A program made the position numbers and the translations under genes. A stretch of DNA of 53,079 nucleotides, from IMG/VR virus record IMGVR_UViG_3300027801_001299, positions 1 to 53,079 of that record; one strand, given 5' to 3'. Numbering within the stretch: position 1 is the stretch's first letter; each line of letters begins with the position of its first letter. The DNA is from a virus (taxonomy: Duplodnaviria > Caudoviricetes). The notes below the pieces were generated by a model, which saw only the letters and a program-made list of their open reading frames with translations, was not told where the DNA came from and did not search any database. Below, piece after piece: positions 38,423 to 47,371 of the stretch.

Positions 38423-38870
38423 TTGTTCGTTAATACCTGAAAGAAAGGTAGAGATAATAAGTAAACCGATTGAGATAGAAATCATTCAACCTACATTACC
38501 ACGTCCCTTAGACCTACAAGCACCAAAATGGTATGTAGTATCTGAAGCGAGAATCGCCAATCCATGTAAGAAGGTTACACTAGAAGATGGAACAGAGAAG
38601 AGACCAAAGACTTGTGACCAAGACATGAAAACTAACCCCGAATGGAAAGAGGGTTACACTTACCTAGATAGATTCTTAGATGAAATGAGAGACCTGAACA
38701 GTGGTGATGTTGTATTTGTTGCAACAACTGTTGGTGACTACAAGGTCATGATAAAGAACAACCAAGAGATTAAGAGATACATCAAACAACTCGGAGAAGT
38801 GATTGTTGTATACAGAGACGTAACTATGTCAGATGGACAAAAAGGAATAGTTGCAGAAGTAGTAAAGTAA
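38373..38870 (+). CDS. Putative o-spanin lipoprotein (Rz1-like)
   Basis: Signal peptide with lipobox LTTS-C and a Pro-rich segment. Confidence 0.7.
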   Translation: MTLKTLAILSLLILTTSCSLIPERKVEIISKPIEIEIIQPTLPRPLDLQAPKWYVVSEARIANPCKKVTLEDGTEKRPKTCDQDMKTNPEWKEGYTYLDRFLDEMRDLNSGDVVFVATTVGDYKVMIKNNQEIKRYIKQLGEVIVVYRDVTMSDGQKGIVAEVVK

Positions 38871-38889
38871 CTTAACAACAGGATATATT

Positions 38890-39864
38890 ATGAAACCAAT
38901 TGTGATGGAAAACCGAGTCATAGGGATTAAAGGCAGTACTCCTACTAAAGAAATGGACGAAGGAATTGTCCATAGGAAAGACATGGAACTTATTTCTGAT
39001 GTCCATGTACCTGAAGACCAAGTCCCTGAAGAAATTCGAAATAAATTAATTAATGAACAACAGATACATGATGCTATCGTAGAAGCACGTCCTAACCCCG
39101 TAGATGAACAACAGATACCTGAAGGATATCAACCTGCAGAGGCAGAAGTTCTGCAACTATTTTCCATACCTTTTTTAAGAGGTCAACTTAACTTAGATAC
39201 AGATGAGATTGCACAATCATGTCGTGACCTGTTATCAGAGGTTGAACAAGGTGATGTTGGACAAGAATACACTACCTATTTCAATGAAGATGCACGAATA
39301 AAAATGCATGACACTGAATGGTTCAAAGACTTCTCAAACAAAATCAAAGACTCGTATATCACATTCATTGCGAATATGTTTCAAACACCAGTAGCACATC
39401 TTTCAAGAAATGATATCCATCTATTCGCATGGGTAAATCGTTACACTGGGCCACATCAACATTCCAGTCACAATCATGTCAACTCGCACATCAGTGGTAC
39501 TTACTATGTCAAGACAGAGAAGTCAGACCAACCTATAAAGTTTTACTCACCTAATTTGATGTCTAATGCTAATCACCTTGCAGTGGATAGAGGAATGCAA
39601 AAGGAAGGATTTCCAAATATGGTATTTGAGGGTGTCGCAGGTGTTGACTCTTCAATCCAAGTTCATCCAATCGATGATGAGTTCTTATTCTGGCCTTCTT
39701 ATATCCTGCATTCAGTTGAACCTACTCATTCCTTTATAGAGGATTACGAGAGAATATCAATCTCATTCAACCTTAAATACAGAGACAAAATCGACAATAA
39801 CCTTACAGGTAACGATATGTCATATAGTTTTATGGAAGAGGATACAGAACATAATCGTGGTTAG
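38890..39864 (+). CDS. 2OG-Fe(II) oxygenase (TIGR02466-like) with acidic N-terminal extension
   Basis: AWVN, HNHVNSHISGTYYV, WPSYILHSV, RISISFN. Confidence 0.85.
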   Translation: MKPIVMENRVIGIKGSTPTKEMDEGIVHRKDMELISDVHVPEDQVPEEIRNKLINEQQIHDAIVEARPNPVDEQQIPEGYQPAEAEVLQLFSIPFLRGQLNLDTDEIAQSCRDLLSEVEQGDVGQEYTTYFNEDARIKMHDTEWFKDFSNKIKDSYITFIANMFQTPVAHLSRNDIHLFAWVNRYTGPHQHSSHNHVNSHISGTYYVKTEKSDQPIKFYSPNLMSNANHLAVDRGMQKEGFPNMVFEGVAGVDSSIQVHPIDDEFLFWPSYILHSVEPTHSFIEDYERISISFNLKYRDKIDNNLTGNDMSYSFMEEDTEHNRG

Positions 39865-39973
39865 TTGGATACTCAGGAAAATATCAAAAGAATTTGATAG
39901 ACTCATAGAGAGAAGTTGGCAGAAGAAAGCAAACAAAATGCATGAAGAAATTACAAGGAAATATAAGAAATGA
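39857..39973 (+). CDS. Small basic protein (38 aa)
   Basis: Own translation from GTG, after GAGG; fills the gap between two oxygenases. Confidence 0.45.
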   Translation: MVSWILRKISKEFDRLIERSWQKKANKMHEEITRKYKK

Positions 39974-40671
39974 TGAATAAAACATATGTGATGGACGAAC
40001 TATTTAAATTCAGTGCTGGATTTGATGCAGAATTTGACGGTGAGGTATTGACCATCGACAACTTCTATGAGAACCCTGAAATCATCCACGACTACCTAGA
40101 ACATAGAAGTTACCCCATGTGGAAATACTCTCAGGATAGACCTTCACGCAACGGGGTGGACTACAATGACTGTAGGATAACCGATAAGGTTGCTCATCCT
40201 ACTCGCACATATTTCAATGAGATGGATAGAGTTCTAGGTCTTTGCAGAAATTACTGGCACAAGGGTAACTATGAATGGGACATGATTGAGGAATGGAATT
40301 GTTTCCAAACAATCAATCAGTTTGACACTAAGATGCAACACTACCCACATACAGATTCGACACTAGATTGTCCTGATGATGAATCCGTACTCAATATGAT
40401 TGTCTACATGGATAAACAAGAGAGTGGTGGAACTGCATTCTATGATGGGACATGGTTATCTAATGATGAACATCAGAACTTACTCTTTCCAGTGTTAGAT
40501 AGATTCGAATTACAGAGAGTAATCCCTGCAAAATTCAACAGGTGTGTTATATTTCCTGGCAACCGTATCCACGGAGCATGGGTTGATGACTACCATAAAT
40601 ATATGGGTAAAGACTGGAGATATTCACAAGTCCAGTTTCTAAAACCCGTGAGAGAATGGAGAAATACATAA
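39970..40671 (+). CDS. 2OG-Fe(II) oxygenase (DUF6445-like)
   Basis: IDNFYENP, PHTD, GGTAFY, FNRCVIFPG..IH. Confidence 0.8.
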   Translation: MMNKTYVMDELFKFSAGFDAEFDGEVLTIDNFYENPEIIHDYLEHRSYPMWKYSQDRPSRNGVDYNDCRITDKVAHPTRTYFNEMDRVLGLCRNYWHKGNYEWDMIEEWNCFQTINQFDTKMQHYPHTDSTLDCPDDESVLNMIVYMDKQESGGTAFYDGTWLSNDEHQNLLFPVLDRFELQRVIPAKFNRCVIFPGNRIHGAWVDDYHKYMGKDWRYSQVQFLKPVREWRNT

Positions 40672-41279
40672 TGAGAAACCCCCCCGTAATAATAGTCGCT
40701 CATGCGGCCCTACCTGACGATTTGTGTTATGCACTTATCGATGCACATTGCAACGCTGAAGAAGACCTAATCGAAATCGATGAGTACGGTGTTCAAACGT
40801 ATGCACTCATAGAAGGTAACAATGACCACAGCGATTGCATGGAATGGATAGAAGAATTTATACCATGGGACGAAGACTTTGGAAAGATTTGCAATATAAG
40901 AATATTAAAGTATGGAATGGAATGCTTTAGACCTTGGATGTGCGATGACCCCGAAGGTGGCGACACTGGTAAAGTGATATTCAATCTCAATGAAAGTTTT
41001 GTTGGTGGTAACCTATCCGTAGATGGACATAAATTTGTTCCGTTCACTGGAAGTATGGTTGCATTCAATAATCCTACAGAGAGATGGCATGGGATAGAAC
41101 CCGTGTTGACGGGAGAACGATTCAGTCTTGTACTAAGATTTACAAGGCCAGATGACTTCGTGGAACCCGAAGACGATATGGCACAACAAGAACTTCAACA
41201 ATTGTTGAATGACGATGTCATAGCATCAAATGACGATGCAGAAGAACGAGTATTCCCAAAGGTAATACTTAAAAACTAA
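40671..41279 (+). CDS. 2OG-Fe(II) oxygenase-like protein (HxD apparently degenerate)
   Basis: LNESFVGGNL, WHGIEPVLTGERFSL; PWMCD where HxD is expected. Confidence 0.7.
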   Translation: MRNPPVIIVAHAALPDDLCYALIDAHCNAEEDLIEIDEYGVQTYALIEGNNDHSDCMEWIEEFIPWDEDFGKICNIRILKYGMECFRPWMCDDPEGGDTGKVIFNLNESFVGGNLSVDGHKFVPFTGSMVAFNNPTERWHGIEPVLTGERFSLVLRFTRPDDFVEPEDDMAQQELQQLLNDDVIASNDDAEERVFPKVILKN

Positions 41280-41287
41280 TAATAAGA

Positions 41288-41497
41288 ATGTACAATCAGA
41301 CCATGAAATGTTTCGAATGCTTAACCGTAGTTAAGGTTGAAGACATTAAATATCATACCCAAGATGGTGGTAAGATATTTTGTGGGCCAAAGTGCAGTCT
41401 AGATTTTCATCAAAGGAAAAATAATGAGAAAACAAATAACAATATTGAAGATTTTAACAACACTAACAGCAATAGCACTACTGGTTCAAGTAGTTGA
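41288..41497 (+). CDS. Small Zn-finger (TRASH/YHS-like) protein
   Basis: CFEC...FCGPKC. Confidence 0.6.
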   Translation: MYNQTMKCFECLTVVKVEDIKYHTQDGGKIFCGPKCSLDFHQRKNNEKTNNNIEDFNNTNSNSTTGSSS

Positions 41498-41510
41498 ACT
41501 GTTCATATAG
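41424..41510 (+). CDS. Tiny hydrophobic peptide (28 aa)
   Basis: AAGGA SD; MRKQITILKILTTLTAIALLVQVVELFI. Confidence 0.4.
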   Translation: MRKQITILKILTTLTAIALLVQVVELFI

Positions 41511-41522
41511 GAAGAAAGACGG

Positions 41523-41771
41523 ATGCCAGTAAAATTTAAACAATCTCAAACCGTAAGGGCTAGAGGTTCAAACAAATCTACAACAACACACTATTGGATG
41601 AAAGGTCAACTGATAGAGGTGTTGGAGAAGGAACTTGAGGCCTGTAAAGATACAGACCTTGAAGGAAGAGTGACTACCAAGAAAGGTAAGGGAAAATTGA
41701 AACAGAAGATTCTAAACGAATTGGTTCGAAGAGAAACTAAACCTTACAAAACACTATTCAAGGTAGTTTAA
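41523..41771 (+). CDS. Basic hypothetical protein
   Basis: MPVKFKQS...KQKILNELVRR. Confidence 0.65.
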   Translation: MPVKFKQSQTVRARGSNKSTTTHYWMKGQLIEVLEKELEACKDTDLEGRVTTKKGKGKLKQKILNELVRRETKPYKTLFKVV

Positions 41772-41794
41772 TAATAATGAAAGAAGGAGAATAT

Positions 41795-42448
41795 ATGAGA
41801 AATATATTAACAGGATTGTTAATTTCAATCCTATCTGTCCCTGCATTCGCAGGTTCAGTATCAGGTGGTGTGAACTATGGTTCGGACTACATTTTTAGAG
41901 GAGTATCTCAATCGGGTCAACCGACTGCAGGTGCATGGTTGCAGTTAGATTCCGATTTAGGATTTTACACTGGTGTATGGGGTAGTCAAGTAGACTTCTC
42001 TAGTACCAACGACTCAGAGACCTCAAGGGAAGTAGACTACTTTGGTGGATACAACCTACAAGTAAGTGACAGCGTTAAAGTTGACTTAGGATACGTTAGA
42101 TATACATTCGATGGAATGACACCTAGTGTTGAAGAGTTCTACTCAAAAGTTAGCGTTGGAAATCTTGGTGTTCATTTATACCAAGACCTAGAGACTAACG
42201 ACAACTATGGAGAAATTCATTACTCATTCGGATGGTTATTCGATGATAAATTTGATGCATCTCTAATGTATGGTACTCACGATAGAAAAGGTGAGGACTC
42301 ATTCACTATGTTGAGGTTAGGTAAATCATTTGGTTCACAAGACCAATTTAACTTTGGAGTGTTGGTCGGTCAGAATGTCTTTGAAGGACAAGTTGCTGAC
42401 TCAATCACTGCAAGAATATCTTATAATTTTAAGAGGAGTAACTCATAA
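41795..42448 (+). CDS. TorF/Gcw_chp-like outer-membrane beta-barrel
   Basis: Signal peptide ending AFA; SDYIFRGVSQ, GFYTGVWGS, EVDYFGGY. Confidence 0.85.
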   Translation: MRNILTGLLISILSVPAFAGSVSGGVNYGSDYIFRGVSQSGQPTAGAWLQLDSDLGFYTGVWGSQVDFSSTNDSETSREVDYFGGYNLQVSDSVKVDLGYVRYTFDGMTPSVEEFYSKVSVGNLGVHLYQDLETNDNYGEIHYSFGWLFDDKFDASLMYGTHDRKGEDSFTMLRLGKSFGSQDQFNFGVLVGQNVFEGQVADSITARISYNFKRSNS

Positions 42449-42630
42449 TGGGTTGGTGGAATAGCGTAACAGACTTCTTCGGATTTGAATGGGTCAGAGC
42501 AAGAGACGACAAAGGTCGTTTCGTTGCAGATGACAAGTCAACACCCGATATAGACGAGTCTAAAAAGAAGGTCTATAAGAGTAGAAAGACAACTACTCCT
42601 AAGAAAAAAACTACAACCAAGAAAAAGTAA
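42448..42630 (+). CDS. Small basic protein
   Basis: RARDDKGRFVADD motif with a Lys/Thr tail. Confidence 0.7.
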   Translation: MGWWNSVTDFFGFEWVRARDDKGRFVADDKSTPDIDESKKKVYKSRKTTTPKKKTTTKKK

Positions 42631-42640
42631 CTGTTTTTTT

Positions 42641-42716
42641 GGGGTCTTAGCTCAGTTGGGAGAGCGCTTCCCTTGCACGGAAGAGGTCGCAGGTTCGACC
42701 CCTGTAGACTCCACCA
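42641..42716 (+). tRNA. tRNA-Ala(TGC)
   Basis: G3:U70 pair, anticodon loop CTTGCAC, encoded CCA. Confidence 0.96.
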
Positions 42717-42726
42717 GTTTCTAATT

Positions 42727-42816
42727 GGAAGATTGGCAGAGTGGTTGAATGCACTGGTCTTGAAAACCAGCAAAGGGTCAAACCTTTCGAAGGTTCGAAT
42801 CCTTCATCTTCCGCCA
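42727..42816 (+). tRNA. tRNA-Ser(TGA)
   Basis: Anticodon loop CTTGAAA, long variable arm, GCCA end. Confidence 0.96.
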
Positions 42817-42841
42817 CCTTTAAATCCATAAGGAGAATTGA

Positions 42842-43021
42842 ATGGATAAGATGACATTTATAGATTATAAATTTTATCTAAATGAGGATGGGAATGTATC
42901 GTTTGACGATGACCCCGACCTCGGAAACAGAATAGGTATTAAAGAAGGTGACTTATTAAGAGTCACTACGGATGCGAAGGGTCGGTTGACCCTGCAGAGG
43001 TTCGGGTTTTTCAACGAATAA
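42842..43021 (+). CDS. Small AbrB-like/hypothetical protein (59 aa)
   Basis: AGGAG SD; IGIKEGDLLRV...GRLTL. Confidence 0.6.
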   Translation: MDKMTFIDYKFYLNEDGNVSFDDDPDLGNRIGIKEGDLLRVTTDAKGRLTLQRFGFFNE

Positions 43022-43128
43022 CTTGTTGATAAACATATATACTTATGTGACATTTATGTGACAAGACAAAGTAGACGAAAGTCGAAGTGCAGTTCACGGA
43101 TAGTCAATAACAACTTAAGGAGATAACA

Positions 43129-43242
43129 ATGCAATATTACGCATCATTGTCTGCCTCGTATATATCACGATTCGCAGACAACTTTCATATCATTATGAAG
43201 AGTGGAAGACTACATAAAGTAGTTAAATTAATGGAAAATTAA
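43129..43242 (+). CDS. Small protein (37 aa) behind a structured leader
   Basis: TAAGGAG SD; MQYYASLSASYISRF... Confidence 0.6.
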   Translation: MQYYASLSASYISRFADNFHIIMKSGRLHKVVKLMEN

Positions 43243-43348
43243 TCAAAACCCTCTTGATTTTATTCATAACCTCTAGTAAAATAGGGGTATGGATTTGAAC
43301 TAAATACATTTATAAATAAATTGAATTATATTATTATAGGAAACTAGA

Positions 43349-44200
43349 ATGGCAACGAATATTATCATGCATCAAAAGGATGGAGTCTCATCCGAAACTA
43401 TAAACGACTCGTTCGTAAGACTACTAAAATACAGAATTAAAACCGTCTCCGCTGGATACAATGAAGTCAAATTCTATTGTCTAACGAAAGATGCGAAAGG
43501 TCTCTTACCCGAAATCATCCAAATCCCTATCAGAGAAGATGATAATGTCGTGAATGAGGATTGGTATATCCTACAATTGTTCGATAACCAACCCTCTTTA
43601 GCGATAGACCATTGTACTAATATTCTTTGGAGTCCTAACCTAATGCCGCTTGACCTATGTCAAACTGCAATACTACAATCCATCCCTTCAAAAGGAAAGA
43701 CAGACGGTCTACCTGTAGGACATGGATTGGATGTAGAGACCCGTGCAACTATCGAAGAACAAGGATTACCTTACATCTCAACACCAACTAAATGGTGGGA
43801 CGATGGTAAAGACAATGACTTCCTTGCACATTGGTATATGGGATGGGTAGGAGATGACATCAGAAGTCTTCAAATTCACTCAGAAGACACATCAGGTTCC
43901 GTATGGGAATACATAGAGAAATCTTTCAAAGGAGTGGTATTACCCACTAAACTTGCTCAGTTCAGTCCTTACTATTTGAATGACAAGGATAAGAACATTG
44001 ACCTTAATGCACAATACGAAGAGAAGGTCAGACCTTTCTATCCTTTAGAATGGTATCCACCACAAATAGAAGAGATGGATGCAGAACTATTCTCATATGA
44101 CCATGAGTGGAGAGACGTTGCAAAACAAGTCCGCTTCATATATCTTGATGGGGAAGATGACCCAAAGACTGATATGTATGCAAGACTATGGTTCCTGTAG
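43349..44200 (+). CDS. Late acidic protein, possibly degenerate GT-A fold
   Basis: KFYCLTKDAKGL...IPI resembles the N-terminus of phage glycosyltransferases; TATAAATA upstream. Confidence 0.5.
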   Translation: MATNIIMHQKDGVSSETINDSFVRLLKYRIKTVSAGYNEVKFYCLTKDAKGLLPEIIQIPIREDDNVVNEDWYILQLFDNQPSLAIDHCTNILWSPNLMPLDLCQTAILQSIPSKGKTDGLPVGHGLDVETRATIEEQGLPYISTPTKWWDDGKDNDFLAHWYMGWVGDDIRSLQIHSEDTSGSVWEYIEKSFKGVVLPTKLAQFSPYYLNDKDKNIDLNAQYEEKVRPFYPLEWYPPQIEEMDAELFSYDHEWRDVAKQVRFIYLDGEDDPKTDMYARLWFL

Positions 44201-45573
44201 GATTTAATGAACACCTAGTGTTTGATGACTTCCTCGGTAGTGAGGAAGCATTGCATATCGCAAAGATTTTAAAACGAGACGAACACAAAATACTCTCAAT
44301 CCCTAATACCTCTTCAACGGGGTATAAGGGAACAACTGCACAATATTCCGTATATAATCTACTCACTCATCCCGATATTCGACCATTGAATATACCCGAT
44401 AGGATATTTGAGTTACCCTTTTTCCAACCCACCAAAGAGAACTGGTATTCTGAACTATGGGTGCAATGTTGGGGTAACGTACTCCATCAAGGACAAAATC
44501 TACCCGTCCATTGTCATGCAGAGAAAGACCAACCCGTCACCAACGATTTAATTGCGTGTTCTATCTACCTAGACGGTAAAGACCCCTGTTATACGCATTG
44601 GGAAGATGGGAAACAAATCAACCAACGAGGTACACTACACGTTGCTGGGAAATTTCATGAACACGAAGTCAAGACCAACGTATTCACTGAACCACGCATC
44701 TCAATGGCATTCGATATCTACTGGAACACGGACGAAGTGCTCAAAAATACCCATAGACGATTTCTACACATACATAGACCCACTCATAAATCAACCGACC
44801 ACCTGCGTAGACACTCAAACTTCAAGGAAAACAAAGAAACCCTAGTCTATGAATCAGACTTTGAGGGTATGCCCATTGTCGTTAAGACATCCAGTATGCA
44901 CACCAAACTGTATTTCGCTCATGAGACTGAGGAAGTACAAACCATTATCCTTAACAACAACCCCACAACACTATGGTACACCTATGTGCAACAACTATGT
45001 GGAGTCACCAAATACGTCAAAGAACCAAACAACGCATTAGTATTAGGACTTGGGGGTGGAGTCATGCCGTCATGGATAAAGGAAAACACCAAGAGTACGG
45101 ATATAGACGTGGTAGAGATTATTCCTGAACTAGAAACCATCGCAAGACAACACTTCCATATGCCAGAGTCAATCAATGTCATCATAGACGATGCATTCAA
45201 ATTCGTGCATACCACCACTAAGAAATACGATATTATTATAGTAGACGTATCCGACATGACACAATTCACCGATGAGTTTTACCAAGGACTTCATAGTATA
45301 CTCACAAAAACGGGATGTGTCGCAATCAATTACTTCGCTTGGAAGGATAGTCCTGAACACAACAGACACTTAAAACAACTTCACAATCACTTTAACTGGG
45401 TAGAGAACAACATCAACTACCTTAACAATAACTGCATAACCTATTGCAGTCAAACCAAACCCACCGACCATGGTATACCAAACGCTGCTACGTCCTTCGT
45501 GACTAAACTTCGTCAGTTTCCCAAGTCAAAACAAATAGACTCTAACGCTACTTGGGGCCCATTAGGAGAATAG
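44188..45573 (+). CDS. 2OG-Fe(II) oxygenase fused to a spermidine-synthase-like SAM-binding domain
   Basis: CWGN..HCH..HEV..RISMAFD, then LVLGLGGG, VVEI, DDAFKF, YDIIIVD. Confidence 0.8.
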   Translation: MVPVGFNEHLVFDDFLGSEEALHIAKILKRDEHKILSIPNTSSTGYKGTTAQYSVYNLLTHPDIRPLNIPDRIFELPFFQPTKENWYSELWVQCWGNVLHQGQNLPVHCHAEKDQPVTNDLIACSIYLDGKDPCYTHWEDGKQINQRGTLHVAGKFHEHEVKTNVFTEPRISMAFDIYWNTDEVLKNTHRRFLHIHRPTHKSTDHLRRHSNFKENKETLVYESDFEGMPIVVKTSSMHTKLYFAHETEEVQTIILNNNPTTLWYTYVQQLCGVTKYVKEPNNALVLGLGGGVMPSWIKENTKSTDIDVVEIIPELETIARQHFHMPESINVIIDDAFKFVHTTTKKYDIIIVDVSDMTQFTDEFYQGLHSILTKTGCVAINYFAWKDSPEHNRHLKQLHNHFNWVENNINYLNNNCITYCSQTKPTDHGIPNAATSFVTKLRQFPKSKQIDSNATWGPLGE

Positions 45574-45953
45574 AACACATGGAATTTTCAAAAGATAACC
45601 CGAAGGTACTCATCAACTTCGAACCCAACAACGAATTCACCAAGGGGTTCTTCGTATACCTACAAGACAAGGTGCCGTTCATGGATTGCGTAGACCACGA
45701 CCAACCAATAGACGGATACGAAAACTGGGTGGAACATACACAACGCCACGGGACATTCGACCTCTATTTCCACCTAATAGACAACGACCATGCGATGCTA
45801 GACGCTCCCATATACCATCAAGGATACTATATCGACACAAAAGGGATAGAAAAGGAAAGGGATAACACCTCAGTGATATATGAAAATACCTATGAGGAAC
45901 TATGGGATAGGGTGAAGGACAAGTATCTAAACTCGTCAGTTAACCCCTCTTAG
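45552..45953 (+). CDS. Hypothetical protein
   Basis: ORF at the end of the operon; start may be the second Met. Confidence 0.6.
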   Translation: MGPIRRIEHMEFSKDNPKVLINFEPNNEFTKGFFVYLQDKVPFMDCVDHDQPIDGYENWVEHTQRHGTFDLYFHLIDNDHAMLDAPIYHQGYYIDTKGIEKERDNTSVIYENTYEELWDRVKDKYLNSSVNPS

Positions 45954-46161
45954 AGAACCATCTACGAATCGTATATACTCTCGTGTATGCAACCAACGTC
46001 ATCAATGCTGTTATGGATGTACCTATATGAAATGGGTTCGTCCAATCTAACACCTGCATGAACAGATAGAGGAGTGTAAGGTTTAACGGATAGTTAATTA
46101 ACAGACCCGTACCTACCGTAGTGGCGACTTCTCGGTGTAACTTTCTTGATTCTTTAGACAT
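45940..46161 (-). CDS. Small two-TM membrane protein
   Basis: MSKESRK..., two TMs, YTIRRWF; TATACA-17-TATAAT-N6-ATG upstream. Confidence 0.75.
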   Translation of the reverse strand: MSKESRKLHREVATTVGTGLLINYPLNLTLLYLFMQVLDWTNPFHIGTSITALMTLVAYTRVYTIRRWFSKRG

Positions 46162-46245
46162 AACTCTATTATACACCTCTGAGACCCCTTTGTATAGGGG
46201 TTTTTAATATAATCTAAGGACTGCGTAGGTGATGGTTAATATAAT

Positions 46246-46329
46246 GTGTGGGGATGTGGGTAATTGTGTGTAATAATAATGGAAATCGAAGGGAATGGAG
46301 AGATGTGGAATAAAGTGGGATTAGGTGGT
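46246..46329. repeat. 10-bp-phased GTG(G/T)G repeat arrays in a C-free tract
   Basis: GTGTG/GTGGG/GTGTG at 46246/46256/46266 and ATGG/GTGG x3 at 46295/46305/46315/46325. Confidence 0.7.
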
Positions 46330-46389
46330 GTTGTTCGGGGATGCAAACACGAGTTTTAGTCGGGAGTCAAGGGCCCTCGGAGGCGTTTC

Positions 46390-46587
46390 CTATTCGACTT
46401 CCCACGTCATCGCCATTGGATACAGCACGATATCAATGGGTTTCTCTCTGTCTATCTTAAGCGCATCGTACTCCTCTTGTGTGATGAACGTAGCGTCTTC
46501 CGTCCATTCTTTGTCCGTCCAGTTCTCTAGTGTCTCTCCTAGACGGTGGGTTTGTGCAATCCAGTTGTTATATCCTTCTAGTGACAT
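46390..46587 (-). CDS. Hypothetical early protein
   Basis: Lies downstream of the leftward early promoter. Confidence 0.5.
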   Translation of the reverse strand: MSLEGYNNWIAQTHRLGETLENWTDKEWTEDATFITQEEYDALKIDREKPIDIVLYPMAMTWEVE

Positions 46588-46745
46588 GATACATAGGCCT
46601 CGTCTGAACTCATGGGAGAGCGGTTGAGTGCAATTTGTATGTTGACCTTCTCTGCGTACTCATGAGCGGCCATCTTTGTCTTGAATATCTTTGCACATAG
46701 GGGTCGGTGAGTGTGTAAGCAGCTGATTCGGTAGTAAAATTTCAT
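46578..46745 (-). CDS. Hypothetical early protein (55 aa)
   Basis: Own translation MKFYYRISCLHTHRPLCAKIF...; AAAGGA SD. Confidence 0.55.
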   Translation of the reverse strand: MKFYYRISCLHTHRPLCAKIFKTKMAAHEYAEKVNIQIALNRSPMSSDEAYVSCH

Positions 46746-46777
46746 GTTTCTTTCCTTTCTTCTCTCAGTGAAGTAGT

Positions 46778-46807
46778 ATTATCTCATAAATGGGGGGTCA
46801 TTGTCAA
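46778..46807 (-). promoter_or_regulatory. Leftward early promoter
   Basis: TTGACAATG, 18-nt spacer, GATAAT. Confidence 0.75.
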
Positions 46808-46945
46808 CACTTTTCTGCACCTATATTCGTTTTCTTTGCACACTTATCTGCACCACGCAGCGCTTTGAGTTTCCCACGGAGAATGTATGCTTCATTGTCG
46901 GGTCTTTGTTCCTGAAACCCTTACCACCACTGGGTTTCAGAGGGG

Positions 46946-46975
46946 TTGACAATGGGTACGATAATTTGGTATACT
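46946..46975 (+). promoter_or_regulatory. Early promoter preceded by a stem-loop
   Basis: TTGACAATG, 18-nt spacer, TATACT. Confidence 0.8.
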
Positions 46976-46984
46976 ATGTATATA

Positions 46985-47080
46985 ATGAGAAAGATAATTA
47001 AAAAACACGACCTACTTTGCCCTGACTTTCTGATGGGGATGGGTCTGATGTTAATTCCCTTGGTGATTAAGATGATATAG
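46985..47080 (+). CDS. Tiny hydrophobic early peptide (31 aa)
   Basis: Own translation MRKIIKKHDLLCPDFLMGMGLMLIPLVIKMI. Confidence 0.4.
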   Translation: MRKIIKKHDLLCPDFLMGMGLMLIPLVIKMI

Positions 47081-47220
47081 TATTGTAACGGTTATGACAC
47101 ACGGCCGTAAGTGCAAGTAGACCCAATTTAAAACGAGACCCCACTTTGATGTGGGTTGTTGGTATGTACGGTGTTCGTCGCCCTGCTGAAACCCTTATAG
47201 ATAAGGCGTCTCAGAGGTAC

Positions 47221-47250
47221 TTGACAATGGGCCGCATAAAATGGTATAAT
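47221..47250 (+). promoter_or_regulatory. Early promoter preceded by a stem-loop
   Basis: TTGACAATG, 18-nt spacer, TATAAT. Confidence 0.85.
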
Positions 47251-47371
47251 AGCTATATAATGGAGAAGTATGTGCAGAAAAACCCCGACCGCCGCCATGG
47301 CAATTCGGAGACGCAATGGGCAGCCGCCTATACATGGGTGGATTACATGAAAGAAATAACACCTAGTGTAC

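Noticed and set aside
260-42829. Many minus-strand and alternate-frame ORFs in the track
   Set aside because: They are shadows of well-supported + strand genes or tRNAs, with no promoters or motifs of their own.
43046-43063. CRP site, attractive given the adenylate cyclase
   Set aside because: It is a direct repeat (TGTGA-N6-TGTGA), not the TGTGA-N6-TCACA palindrome.
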